A DNA stretch of 64,000 bases from Paraphysomonas bandaiensis (lineage: Eukaryota; Protista; Chrysophyceae). The translations under genes and the position numbers were made by a program. The stretch spans positions 1-64,000 of the forward strand of contig CBFFRP010000324.1 of assembly GCA_965644295.1 (NCBI GenBank). Direction: 5' to 3'. Below the pieces are notes generated by a model, which was not told the origin of the DNA, did not search any database, and worked only from the letters and a program-made list of their open reading frames with translations. Of the stretch, positions 49,058 to 59,700 are shown one piece after another. Each line of letters opens with the position of its first letter. The first letter of the stretch is position 1.

Positions 49058-49895
49058 AGGGTCTATGAAATATTTTGTCAGTAGGGTCTATGAAATATTT
49101 TTTGTCATATATGATCATCCTTGTCACGCTTTCATCTCAAGACGCTTTTCTTGTGATGGAATATATACAATCATAGACATGTATAGAGAAGTAACCCAAG
49201 GCGTTGGTACGATGCTCTGGTTTATTAATACAATACACTTGTCCACGTTCGAACCACGAACCGGTGACACATAGTCTGTGTCTGCACACAAATCATGTGA
49301 AGTAGAAATCATAGGAGTCTTCTGGACTGGAAAAGTATCCATCCATGTCATCGGCACGATACTGTCACGCAAGATCATATGAACAGATCCTCTGCATGAG
49401 TGGACCAAACCATACGTTAACGCTTCGACATATACGCTATTGATAACAATGTATGATTTATTCTCTTGAAGGCAATCATTCAATAGATCTACTCACAAGT
49501 TAAGTTGCGTGATGTGGTGTTTTTAAGATAGAGTTGAAATATAGGCAAAAACAAGTCAAACCTAAATCCTAAATATACCATTATTTGTCATAAACTCTGG
49601 ATTTAGGGATATTCTGTGAAAAATATCTGAACTTTCTTTATGCTAGCAGCATGAAGACCATCCCTGCCTGTATTCATATACGGTATATGTATATATTGAC
49701 TGCAGAGTGGAACACATGAACTCGCTCTACTGTCATGCAGTTGCATCACTGGATACACTTTACGCGGTCCTATAAGCACCGCCGTCATGCTCACTGTTAA
49801 TTCGATCCTTACTATCAGAGCCAATCACAACAGAGCCACTGGCTGCTCTTAGTCACTGTGTATCGTATCGAAAACAGTTAGGAACGAGCAGTCAA

Positions 49896-51543
49896 ATGAG
49901 TCGCTACATCAAAGTTAACGACAGCGATGAGGCATGCAGTGTTCCGTGTCATCACAACATCACTGACACCACACCGCTTATCGCAGACCATAACTTGTAT
50001 AGCGAAAGGGTATAAGTTACATTTACCATATGATTAATTTAATAGTAGTGTTTATCGTATATAGCAGAGCGGTAGTGAAGAACCTGTGGAATCACTCCAT
50101 TTCAAGCGAAATACATCAAATGATGCTAATGTTACGCACCTGCATAATGAGGACGATGAATCTGTTGCCCACTATTTAGTATGGCATCTTCGTGCCAAGG
50201 ACGATGAATCATTACTCCATGTGAAAGAGAGTAGCTTAGATGACGATGACCTTCGTTCACCGAACCAATTGCATGACCAACAAGTTGATAGTTTTGAGGA
50301 AATTGGAAGTCCAGGTATATTCCTCTCTTGCCTTTCAACAGAAGTAATAAATCTCTGATCAGAAATTGGCGCTCCTTGTGAAGTGTCTGTTGAAGAGCTT
50401 GACGTAGTGACATATCCACCGTCGAAAGAGACGAACCCATTCGCTGAGAACTATAATGATGAAAGCGATGAGCAAATAGGTCCCTGTATAGTCAGTGCAC
50501 CAGAACAGAGTAGCAACCCGTTTGCGGATGACTGTGATGAGAAAAGCTTTACCCCTGCTCATTCTGTGGTATTGAACCCTTTTGATGAGGGATACGACGA
50601 ATCTGCCTTGCCTCCAGTGCCGTCCTTTAATGGTGGTAGTACGAACCCGTTTGATGACGACTATTCCCCTCGTCCTATATCCTCGGGTAAGGCAGATCCA
50701 GGAATGCTACGACGATCCCATTCTGCTAGACCCATTGTTGCACCCTCTCGAATTACTATGGATGGACGCAGGGCGTCATCCGCAACTGTGAGAGCGTCAT
50801 CAGGGCGTGTCGGTTTGCAGCGCCCGATGCCTGATTCCCCGGAATACCGCAATACTGTAAAGCTCTTGGAGCTGGGATTTACTCCCCAGACTGCTTATGA
50901 AGCAGTGCGTCAGCACCGTGAATTCGATGAGGCACTAGCAAGCCTTCGACAGGAGCTTATTACAGACCTGGATTCCAAGAATGTAGTGAAGTCATCCGTG
51001 TGGGTACCGCTGATTGCACCTAGAATAGGTAGCAATTTGCTCTATAACATTTGTGTGGATTCGTATTATTTATTTCATAGTTGATTTCTATGGGCCTGAT
51101 TTGATGGTTGATATATAGGTTCCTGGATGCCATCTAGCGCAAACTCAAATAATGTAATTCTATACTACATCACCGTCAAAGCACGGAATGCAGATATGTC
51201 CTACACAATTATGAAGCGGTACTCCGAATTCGTTGAGCTAAATTCGAAATTGACACCGTACATTCGGAAAAATAGTAACTTGGGTTTACGGGCGAACTTT
51301 GTGGACGATAGATTCAGTTCTATGATATTTGGGTGCACGGAAGATACATACAATCAACGAAAAGAGATGCTCCACCGGTGGCTGGCTTATGTATGTATGG
51401 ACCCTGGAATTTGTACTCACCAAAAGGCAATGGGCTTGCTGAAGGATTTCTTGTGCTGGGACAGCAGTGTAGAGATGATCGTCACATATACTGGAAAAGA
51501 GAAAGCACCACTTAATCTAATGTACGTGCTTCGTTGTAGCTAG
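49896..51543 (+). CDS. Endocytic adaptor-like protein: 4 NPF motifs, UBA-like domain, C-terminal PX domain; introns ~50010-50064, 50315-50362, 51029-51118
   Basis: NPFAE, NPFAD, NPFDE and NPFDD motifs; UBA-like KLLELGFTPQTAYEAVRQ..FDEALASL; PX YYITVK...KRYSEFVELNSKL...QRKEMLHRWL. First exon and C-terminus are less certain. Confidence 0.78.
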
Positions 51544-51912
51544 AATGCAGTGGTATGATTTGTAATATCTCATGTTTCCTAGGCTGAAATCGATTGACTA
51601 GCTCCTGACATCCAGAATTTTGTTGCTGTGTAGTATTAGTATTATATATATAGTGTGGATGCCTGGATTTCTCATACAAATATACATGAAAAATCCGTAT
51701 AGTCTGCCACTTTGCATCGTCGAATGTGTTGCAGTAGTTGTTCGGAGCTAGTTTCAAATATAGCTCGGTCGTGCTAATTATATTGATAATTCAATCCTCC
51801 TCGTGTGTTGCGTTACGTTTTCATGAATATTCTATGGAAGTGAAGTCGCGGTTATTTCTTGATTTGATTATAACACATATTAAACGTCTTTTTATTTAGC
51901 AATAGGCGTTAG

Positions 51913-51992
51913 AAAAAACACCCACAAGAGAATCGAACACGCGTCATGAGTGTGTGGTGAGGACGCGATGTGCATCACACTACACCCCAACC
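51913..51992 (-). other. tRNA-like degenerate Pol III unit (pseudo-tRNA or SINE head)
   Basis: Minus strand reads GGTGTAGTG (A-box-like) ... GTTCGATTC (B box) ... TTTTTT. The acceptor stem does not pair properly. Confidence 0.35.
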
Positions 51993-52330
51993 ACACTGCA
52001 CGAGCAGTGACTTTATAACACAGTTCTATCGATATAGGAATTCTAATTGCACTTGAACTCGCTCTATTCAATATGAATGTGAACCACAGTAAATCAGAAT
52101 GACAGTGTTTGTTAGTGGAAATTTTAGAAATTGGATTTTACAACTGAAGTCGAAAAATGCGTTTAGTTGCAAAATATATTTTAAAATATTCATTATATGT
52201 GGGTATACCGGCTTAACTGGTACACTGTCTGACTATATCTAATCGGTCATATCTACTGGATCAAAATTCACTTACAACAATGTATGTAACTTTGAGTAAA
52301 TGGGATCCAAATGGCAGCTTCACTTATTAA

Positions 52331-54589
52331 TTAATTCTCACTCAAAATTACACTCAGCAAGTACTCGTAAAAACTTGGACCCAGTAAACTGCACAATTCA
52401 GAATTACCCAAGAGTATTAGAGGGTAACGCACCACTGGGAGGCTGCCTTTCCCCCCACTCTTTTTAGTATATAGTTTAGGCTGGTGGAATTTACATTTTT
52501 CCATTATATCTGCTGTGCTCCTGTGCCTATCTTTCTTCAGCATGAGCACAACCATTAACACACACATCTCGTTTGTATCTGCATGGCCGTCGGATAAACT
52601 ACCCATCAGGGTATCAGCACTTTTCTCCAGTTTGTTCACCCATTTGCGTACTGCGGCAGCTCCAGGATAGCTGTCATACCTTTTCCCTTGGATTAGTAGA
52701 GTAATTCCCATTTTCGAGCTCTTCAATCGAAGTGCACAATCTATATCCATATTCGTTTTGTTGAACGGAGAAATTAATGTTGCAATGGACTCCGAGAAAA
52801 ACCAATCAAAGCTGGGAGCATCGACGACAGTTTGCTCTTCTTCATCCTCGAACACCTCATCGTCATCAGAAATGTCGCCATCAAAATCATTTTCTGTCAT
52901 TACATCATGTTGTGACTCGCAATCACTTTTCTCGGAAAACCAGCTCACAAAATGCTCCGGAAATGTTTCGACATATCTGTGGCCAATACTTTTCAATTCT
53001 GAGAGTCCTGCATCTGGACATAACTCTAGGTTATAAGTGCAGTTGCTTGGCGCTCGAATGAAGGGAACATGCTGGGCAAACCCTTCTATACCGGAGGTAG
53101 GCATACCGCAAAACTCAAGTTCCAATGCATCTGCAAACATACGCTTGGCAGTTAATATGGCATCAACACGGGCGTGAAGCATGCGGACAATGATATCATC
53201 CAATGCATCTGCGCGATGGCTATAGATACTCTGCTTGAGACGAAGAATTGAACAATGTACATCTTCTACTCGAAATAATGACCTAGACGGGAGAGTATAG
53301 CTAGCAAATCCACATGACTGCCAAAGGGCCACGAAATGCCACACAGTCATTTCTGGAACAAAAGTGGTACATTGATCAATTTTTTCGAACCTATTCGCAT
53401 AAAATCCACCATATACGGAAAGTCCCCCGTCAATACCAAACGATTTTCCCTTCACAGAAAGGGGTAATTCCAAAAATACTGGCGCAAAGTAATACATATT
53501 CAGCTTGCTATCAACGAATAATCCACGATTGGCGAATTTTTCATTGAAACATCCACCAATATATACTTCCAAGCCGCTATTTCGTATGTGACATGCGTTC
53601 AGATACTGCTTTACTTTGGCAATATACCTCGGGTGCCCCCCACACATGTTGAACATCAGGTTTACCACGTCACCGTGTCGTGCAACCCACCCCGAGAATT
53701 GGTCGGGTGATATGACCTCATGAGGCCTCAGTGCATCCGGACGAAATAGACGTACATGTCTTTTCGTAGCAGTCAACATGTCGCACAAGTAGTCTACCTT
53801 CAGCGAGGAAATGAACACTAAAGTTCTGGACAAGTGAGTCGTATTTAAAAATGATGCGTCACTCCATCTACACAACATCGAACAGATACGTGATAATTTA
53901 TCAGAAGAGGTGTTGTTTCCTTGAAATAACACTATTTCATCGACAAGTATCATAGTGTTTAAACTCAAATTCAAATATTTTCCAGTAAATACAGCGAAGG
54001 TTAAGTCAAATAAACTGCTTTTTTGGAACCACTTGCAGAAATTCTCCCAATCTATACAGCCTAGTTTAACACAAATAATTCTCCCAATAACTTGCTGCTC
54101 CATTGTCCATGTGTTTTCCACATCATTCATGAACTCCCACGGGCAGTTGAACGACAGTTTGCAAATATTAACATCTTTTAGGCGATTGTCTACAGACCAC
54201 TTTTCGACTATCTCATATCTTCTGCGGTCATTAGCAATTGTATCTATGAAATGTGATTTCCCTTCACCGGGAGATGCTGCAATTCCATCCAGAGAATTGT
54301 TTTTGGTTACATAATGAAGCCGTTTACTGGGGAGATCTGACAATTTAAAACTCCAAGATCGAAACAAGTTAATACACTCTGATGGTATCTCATTGAAACT
54401 TGTGTTGTCGATGAAGTCGTGATCTGAAAATTCAATCTCTACTGGTTGAGATGTCAGGTGCTTGAACACTTCCACATTGTCACCTTCTTCTAAGTTTTCT
54501 AGCAACAAATTTAAAAAACGTTTCCTTAAAGTAAGCTTTTCCAACTGAATCTCTGCCTCAGCCACCATCTTGTCGTCTAACATATACAA
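52331..54589 (-). CDS. Crinkler/RHS-like P-loop NTPase with a C-terminal PD-(D/E)xK-like nuclease; 5' end uncertain
   Basis: Walker A ASPGEGKS, Walker B ILVDE, distal CGGHPR motif, C-terminal DIDCAL...LLIQGK. Confidence 0.7.
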   Translation of the reverse strand: MYMLDDKMVAEAEIQLEKLTLRKRFLNLLLENLEEGDNVEVFKHLTSQPVEIEFSDHDFIDNTSFNEIPSECINLFRSWSFKLSDLPSKRLHYVTKNNSLDGIAASPGEGKSHFIDTIANDRRRYEIVEKWSVDNRLKDVNICKLSFNCPWEFMNDVENTWTMEQQVIGRIICVKLGCIDWENFCKWFQKSSLFDLTFAVFTGKYLNLSLNTMILVDEIVLFQGNNTSSDKLSRICSMLCRWSDASFLNTTHLSRTLVFISSLKVDYLCDMLTATKRHVRLFRPDALRPHEVISPDQFSGWVARHGDVVNLMFNMCGGHPRYIAKVKQYLNACHIRNSGLEVYIGGCFNEKFANRGLFVDSKLNMYYFAPVFLELPLSVKGKSFGIDGGLSVYGGFYANRFEKIDQCTTFVPEMTVWHFVALWQSCGFASYTLPSRSLFRVEDVHCSILRLKQSIYSHRADALDDIIVRMLHARVDAILTAKRMFADALELEFCGMPTSGIEGFAQHVPFIRAPSNCTYNLELCPDAGLSELKSIGHRYVETFPEHFVSWFSEKSDCESQHDVMTENDFDGDISDDDEVFEDEEEQTVVDAPSFDWFFSESIATLISPFNKTNMDIDCALRLKSSKMGITLLIQGKRYDSYPGAAAVRKWVNKLEKSADTLMGSLSDGHADTNEMCVLMVVLMLKKDRHRSTADIMEKCKFHQPKLYTKKSGGKGSLPVVRYPLILLGNSELCSLLGPSFYEYLLSVILSEN

Positions 54590-55026
54590 CTATATACAAA
54601 TATTACATCATTGAACTCACTTTCGCTTTATTCATTCATTTCCTCCATCTATGAAGAATCCTTGTCGCCTGTACTTATATTTGTATAAAGTAAAGTATAG
54701 GTCGCCATAAGCAGTAGGAAAAGTAGTGGACTTCACAGACGATTCATAAGCTAAGTTCACATCTCTACCAGCCTCTCGTATCTGATATCTATATAGCGTA
54801 CATATACCTATATATGGATGATATACAGCAGTATATGATGAGAAGTATGAAGGAGCACTGGGGGTGTTTTTTGCGAATTACTTTTTTGCGTATCGGCATC
54901 CTCTGTAGATTTTTGTTTAGAGTTGTATTCCTATTCCAGCTGTAGTTATACTGGAGGACTTCCAATTGTTCCGCCCTTAACAAGAGCCCTTGTGTGCTAT
55001 AATGCATACATAAGTAAAGTGTTAAC

Positions 55027-56157
55027 ATGGCTATATACCGCTCCATGGCTAAATACCACTACATGATGGTTATGCATGCTGAAGCACGTAAGAAACACTT
55101 GTTGATGAAGCTATTGGTGCTGGAACGCATCAGATTGATGCTTAGAGAGCGAAACTATATCACAAAGGAATGTATAGTGAAGCCCAGCCAATCTCCATGG
55201 ATGAAGATATACAAAGATGGAGACGACGGGAACTTTATTAATGTGGTCAGCATCAACAGAGACGCGTTTGAGAAATTGCTACGTGTGTTTTCCCGCCACT
55301 TCCATCGCCAATGGCGACCAGGAAAGAAAGGTCGACCACCAACTCTTATACATAAGCATCAAGTCTTGGGCTGTGTATTGGCTTACTACACAGACACCAT
55401 GTCAGCGAAGACTCTTTGTCAAACATTTGGTATAGTGCCATCCACTCTTTCCAGGACACTTAAACTAGCCGAAGAGGCCCTTGACAGATCTTTAAGTGAC
55501 TTAAGTGAGGCTAAAATCTGTTGGCCAACGTTGGATCAACAGCGAATTTGGGGTCTTGCTGTCCAACATAAGTATCCTCTTCTTTACGGTCGCTGGGGGT
55601 TTGTGGATGGCAAGAATTACAAAGTGCAGAAGCCCTCCAATTCTGATATGCAGAACGCCATGTACAATGGATGGTTGCATGCCACCTTCGTTACTGGTTG
55701 CTTCTGCTTTGGGGCAGATGGAACAGTGTGCTGGGGCAAGCACAATGTCGTCGGATCGTGGAATGATGGAGACATATCCCGGCCCTTTCAAGTTAAACTT
55801 GCTAAATCAAAGAAGAATTTGCCAGGACATGGGGTTGTTGCTGATTCCGCTTTTCCTGTGAGTGGAGAGTGCTATGGCAGAATAATGACATGCTTAAAGG
55901 AAAATGATGTAGAAAATGCCTCTCCAGATGCAAGGCAAGGACTAATACTAATCGGGACGCAAATAACCTCGGCTAGACAGGCTGCTGAATGGGGTATGGG
56001 AGCAGTTGAGAAGGTGTATCGTAGGCTACTTCTACCTCTGCCATTTAATCAAATTCGACGCGGTTTGATGCTACGCAATATATATCGCTTATACAACTAC
56101 CGTGTGAGAACTTGTGGTATATCTCATATGAATGTCTCTTCACCTCCCGAAATATGA
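55027..56157 (+). mobile_element. PIF/Harbinger-like DDE transposase (DDE_Tnp_4/HARBI1-like); C-terminus possibly truncated, TIRs not identified
   Basis: HTH-like FGIVPSTLSR, GFVDGK, YNGWLH, GSWNDG, ADSAFP, RQAAEWGMG and LYNYRVR. Confidence 0.85.
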
Positions 56158-56554
56158 ATTATATACACAGTCATATATATAATCATCATTATTTATTTCA
56201 TTATAATATTATAATTATGTGAAATATTATTCAACCTAGTCAAACTGGTGGAATTCCCTAGTCGCAATATATTTGGTGTAAATACCTAGTCAAAGTAATA
56301 AATTAATCAACCTAGTTCATAAAATGTACTCGCATATAGCTACGCGTTATAGATCGATGAAGTCAGATAGCAGTTAAAGTGAAACCAACGCAGCATAGAT
56401 CAGGTCAAAGCAAAGTTAGAGTATAAAAAGCGATATTTCATAGTAGCATAGACAAAAATCGACTCTTCTTATTTTTGCCAAACTTGGAACTGGGAAATAA
56501 ATCTTATCGAAGAAAATTTGAACTCCTTATGAGGTTGATTCTTGCACTAATATC

Positions 56555-56754
56555 CAGGGCCAGTCAACAATATATTGCAAGCAAAAATAAATAAGAGTAA
56601 TAATATTTGACCCAATAATATTGCATTATTAAATATTTTGCAATATATTGATATATATTGGGCGCTAAGAAGAAGGAATAGGCTCGATCGGTGGTAACTA
56701 GTTAGTATAGGTTACAACATAATGATGAAAACCCAATAACAATGCAGCAACTAG
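56555..56754 (-). mobile_element. Putative terminus of a hAT-like relic interrupted by copia #4
   Basis: Begins CAGGG and carries repeated CAATATATTG subterminal palindromes. Once #4 is removed it is contiguous with the transposase-like tail at 62054-62195. Confidence 0.4.
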
Positions 56755-59700
56755 TGTTGAGATCTGAAGATTCTATATACTTGCAATTGAGTGCAGTATT
56801 ATGTGAGATGCAAGGATCGAAAGATATATATGTAATTAGTACATTATATTATGTAGTATGAAACTGAAGTAGAAGTGGATGACTATACAGGATACGATGA
56901 CTGAGTGTGTGGTTGTACACTATAGTAGTAAATGAATGGTGTTGAACACATCGAACACAACTTAGGTTCTTTATCATGTAATGTTTATAATTTCATCTTA
57001 TCAGTTGAGAATAGTAAACCTTAGCAAATAATGTCAACTTCTGTTATGGTAGCGAATGCTAGTTGTAGGGATGGGGAAGATGACAAGAAGCTACGGTTTG
57101 ACAAGAACCAAGCAGACTATTCAGCGAGAAAAATCAAGATGCATCTAATGAAGAAAAACCGAAACCATCTTGGCTTGGAGGACCCGCCAGCCGGAGGAAG
57201 GAATTTAGAGTCATGGAGAGAGCGTAATGATACCTGTGTTAGTACTATTTGGGAGGCTTGCGAGCATGACCCTGATGTGTTGGAGGTAGCCAATCAATAT
57301 TTGGAGGGGAAGGCAATTTTACCTGCTGATGATCCTGCTAAGGAGGTGTTATCCAGTGAGCTCCTTCAGACACTGGTTGATAGGTTCAGAGGCGAGATTG
57401 GGACTGTATTGGAGAAGACTACGGCAGAATACCATTCGTTCAAAATAAGGCCGGGGGAAAAGGTGTCTGTTGGGGTAGATCGACTGAACGGTATAATCCA
57501 GAAGCTCATAAAATTGGGACAACCGCAGACAGAGGCAAGTAAATTAGCAAAGATAAAAGCAGCGCTGCAGATAGAGGAATTACATGATTTATGGATGTCG
57601 GTAGCGATGATGCCTAAAGCAACAACTACATTTGATTCGGTGAAAGAGGCTTGTGAAGAGTATGACGAGGCTATGACGCAGCTGAAGAAACTAAAGGGAG
57701 ACAAATCTGAAGAGATCAATTTTACGGCGTCGAAGGAGCCAGTGGTTTGTTCATTTTGTCGGAAGAAGGGACATGTAGCAGCGAATTGTTATGCTAAGGA
57801 ACGACAAAGAAAAATGGATAAGTTCAAAAGAAAAGGGAAGACAAAGGAAAAGGCTTCGAAGAGTGTGCAGCAGCCAGGATCAAAGGATTATACTGGTTGT
57901 CATATCTGTGGAGATTTTAGTCATAAAGCCCGACAGTGCAAGTCGAAAAAACGGAAGAACATAAAAAACCCGGATAATGAGAATCCTCGAAAATCGAACA
58001 GGAAATTCGAGACAGAATGGAAGAAATACGTCAACGACGGAGAGTCGTCGGATGATGAAGCGAATATGTTTGGAGAAGAGGTTTTGCTATCGGTGGATAC
58101 GTCGGAAGAACCTCGTGTATATCTGGACAGTTGTGCAAGTAAAAGACTGTTTATAGTAAAGGATAAAATTGCACTGGAGTCATTTACTCCTGAGTTTGGG
58201 GCAATCCAACTAACTAGAAAGGGTTCTCAATTGGAGACACAGGGGGCTGGTACATTCGGGGAATGGAGAGACATCAGAGTTAGTGAAGAAGCGGTGAAGA
58301 ACATTGTGTCAGGAGGGATGCTGAGATCAATGGGATACGGATTACAACTGCTTCGAAAGCCTAAAATCGTGGAATTGGACTCTGGAAACGAGGTGTTGAC
58401 TGGAGAGTACGATGAGCATGGAGGGATGCCGTATGTGGACTTGATGGAGGTGTTAAATCTGCCAAATGTGTCTATGTGCAATCAGATGGAGGAGGTAAAT
58501 TTGTCGGATAATACAGGACAAGATGCGTTGGATCGCTTACATGAGCGTACTGGACATGTCTCGAAATCGAAGTTATTAGAAGCTCACCGACACATGTTAT
58601 TCAGAGGATCAGGACTACAACGACATCACCTTTCGAAGGCAAAGGAGAAGAGTTGCAAGAAACCCCTGTGTAAATGGTGTGCCAAGGCGAAGATAACCAG
58701 GCATTCGTTCAAATCACGGGACAACGAAGAGCTAAGCGCAGTCAGGTTCCTGGAAAGAGTAACAGCGGACATCTCCGTCTATCTCAATTGTGAATCCAGA
58801 CAAGGGTATAAGTACGTGCTCCTATTTACGGACTTAGCAACAAAGATGATATGGGAATATGGATTGAGGACTCGAAGCGGAGAGGAGGTGTTCAAATGTC
58901 TACGACACTTGTGCGAGGTCCACTTAGTGAAGTACGAGGGGTGGAACCGTATAGTGGAGTATCATGCCGATGGAGGATCCGAACTTATTAGTCAGCAGAT
59001 AAGAGAGTATCTGTTGCAGCGATATGGGACTCGGGTGTCACATACAACACGAGACACGCCAGAGCTCAACGCGGTGTCTGAGAGGAAATTCCGAACAATT
59101 GGGGAGATGACACTGACGATGTTGACGGCATCTGGACTTCCAAAGTCGTTCTGGTCTGATGCTTATCAAACTGCATGTTACATTGTGCGACGAATGCCAA
59201 CTCGGACGTGGCAAGGATGGATGTCTCCATATGAGTGTGTCCCAGGGGGAGCGTTCCCAGCCTATCGTGGCTACGGAAATGGGGGTGCAAAGCATATGTG
59301 CTAACACCCAAGGCCGACAGGAGGAAGGACTGGGAGGACAAAGCAATGACAGGTTATTTCATAGGGTATCCAGCTGATCGAAAAGGATACAAGGTGCTAG
59401 TGGGGGACACCGTAGTACACTCTGTACATGTATTATTTGATGAATCGGTACCTGAGAGGTCTCAGGATTATTATAGAGAGCTGGAGGAGGCTCAAGTGGC
59501 TATAGATCCCGAGGCTCGTCAACCGGGTGAGTTTGAGTATCTTATCGGAAAGCACCATGAGGATGGTGGTCTGCTATACAAGACTAACAGAGTGGTGATA
59601 AGGAAGGGACTTATTGTGGGATACCGGTCGTTGGTTACTGGTAACCAGGTTCAAGTGGAGGATAAAACTCCTATTCATATTGCTGACATCAAGAAGATGA

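Noticed and set aside
54780-56350. TIRs for the Harbinger-like transposase
   Set aside because: Only weak, imperfect inverted matches and short CCTAGTC repeats (56233-56320) were found, so the boundaries cannot be supported.
59241-59250. Programmed frameshift in copia #4
   Set aside because: It falls inside the integrase region at a G homopolymer, so a 1-nt deletion or sequencing error is more likely.
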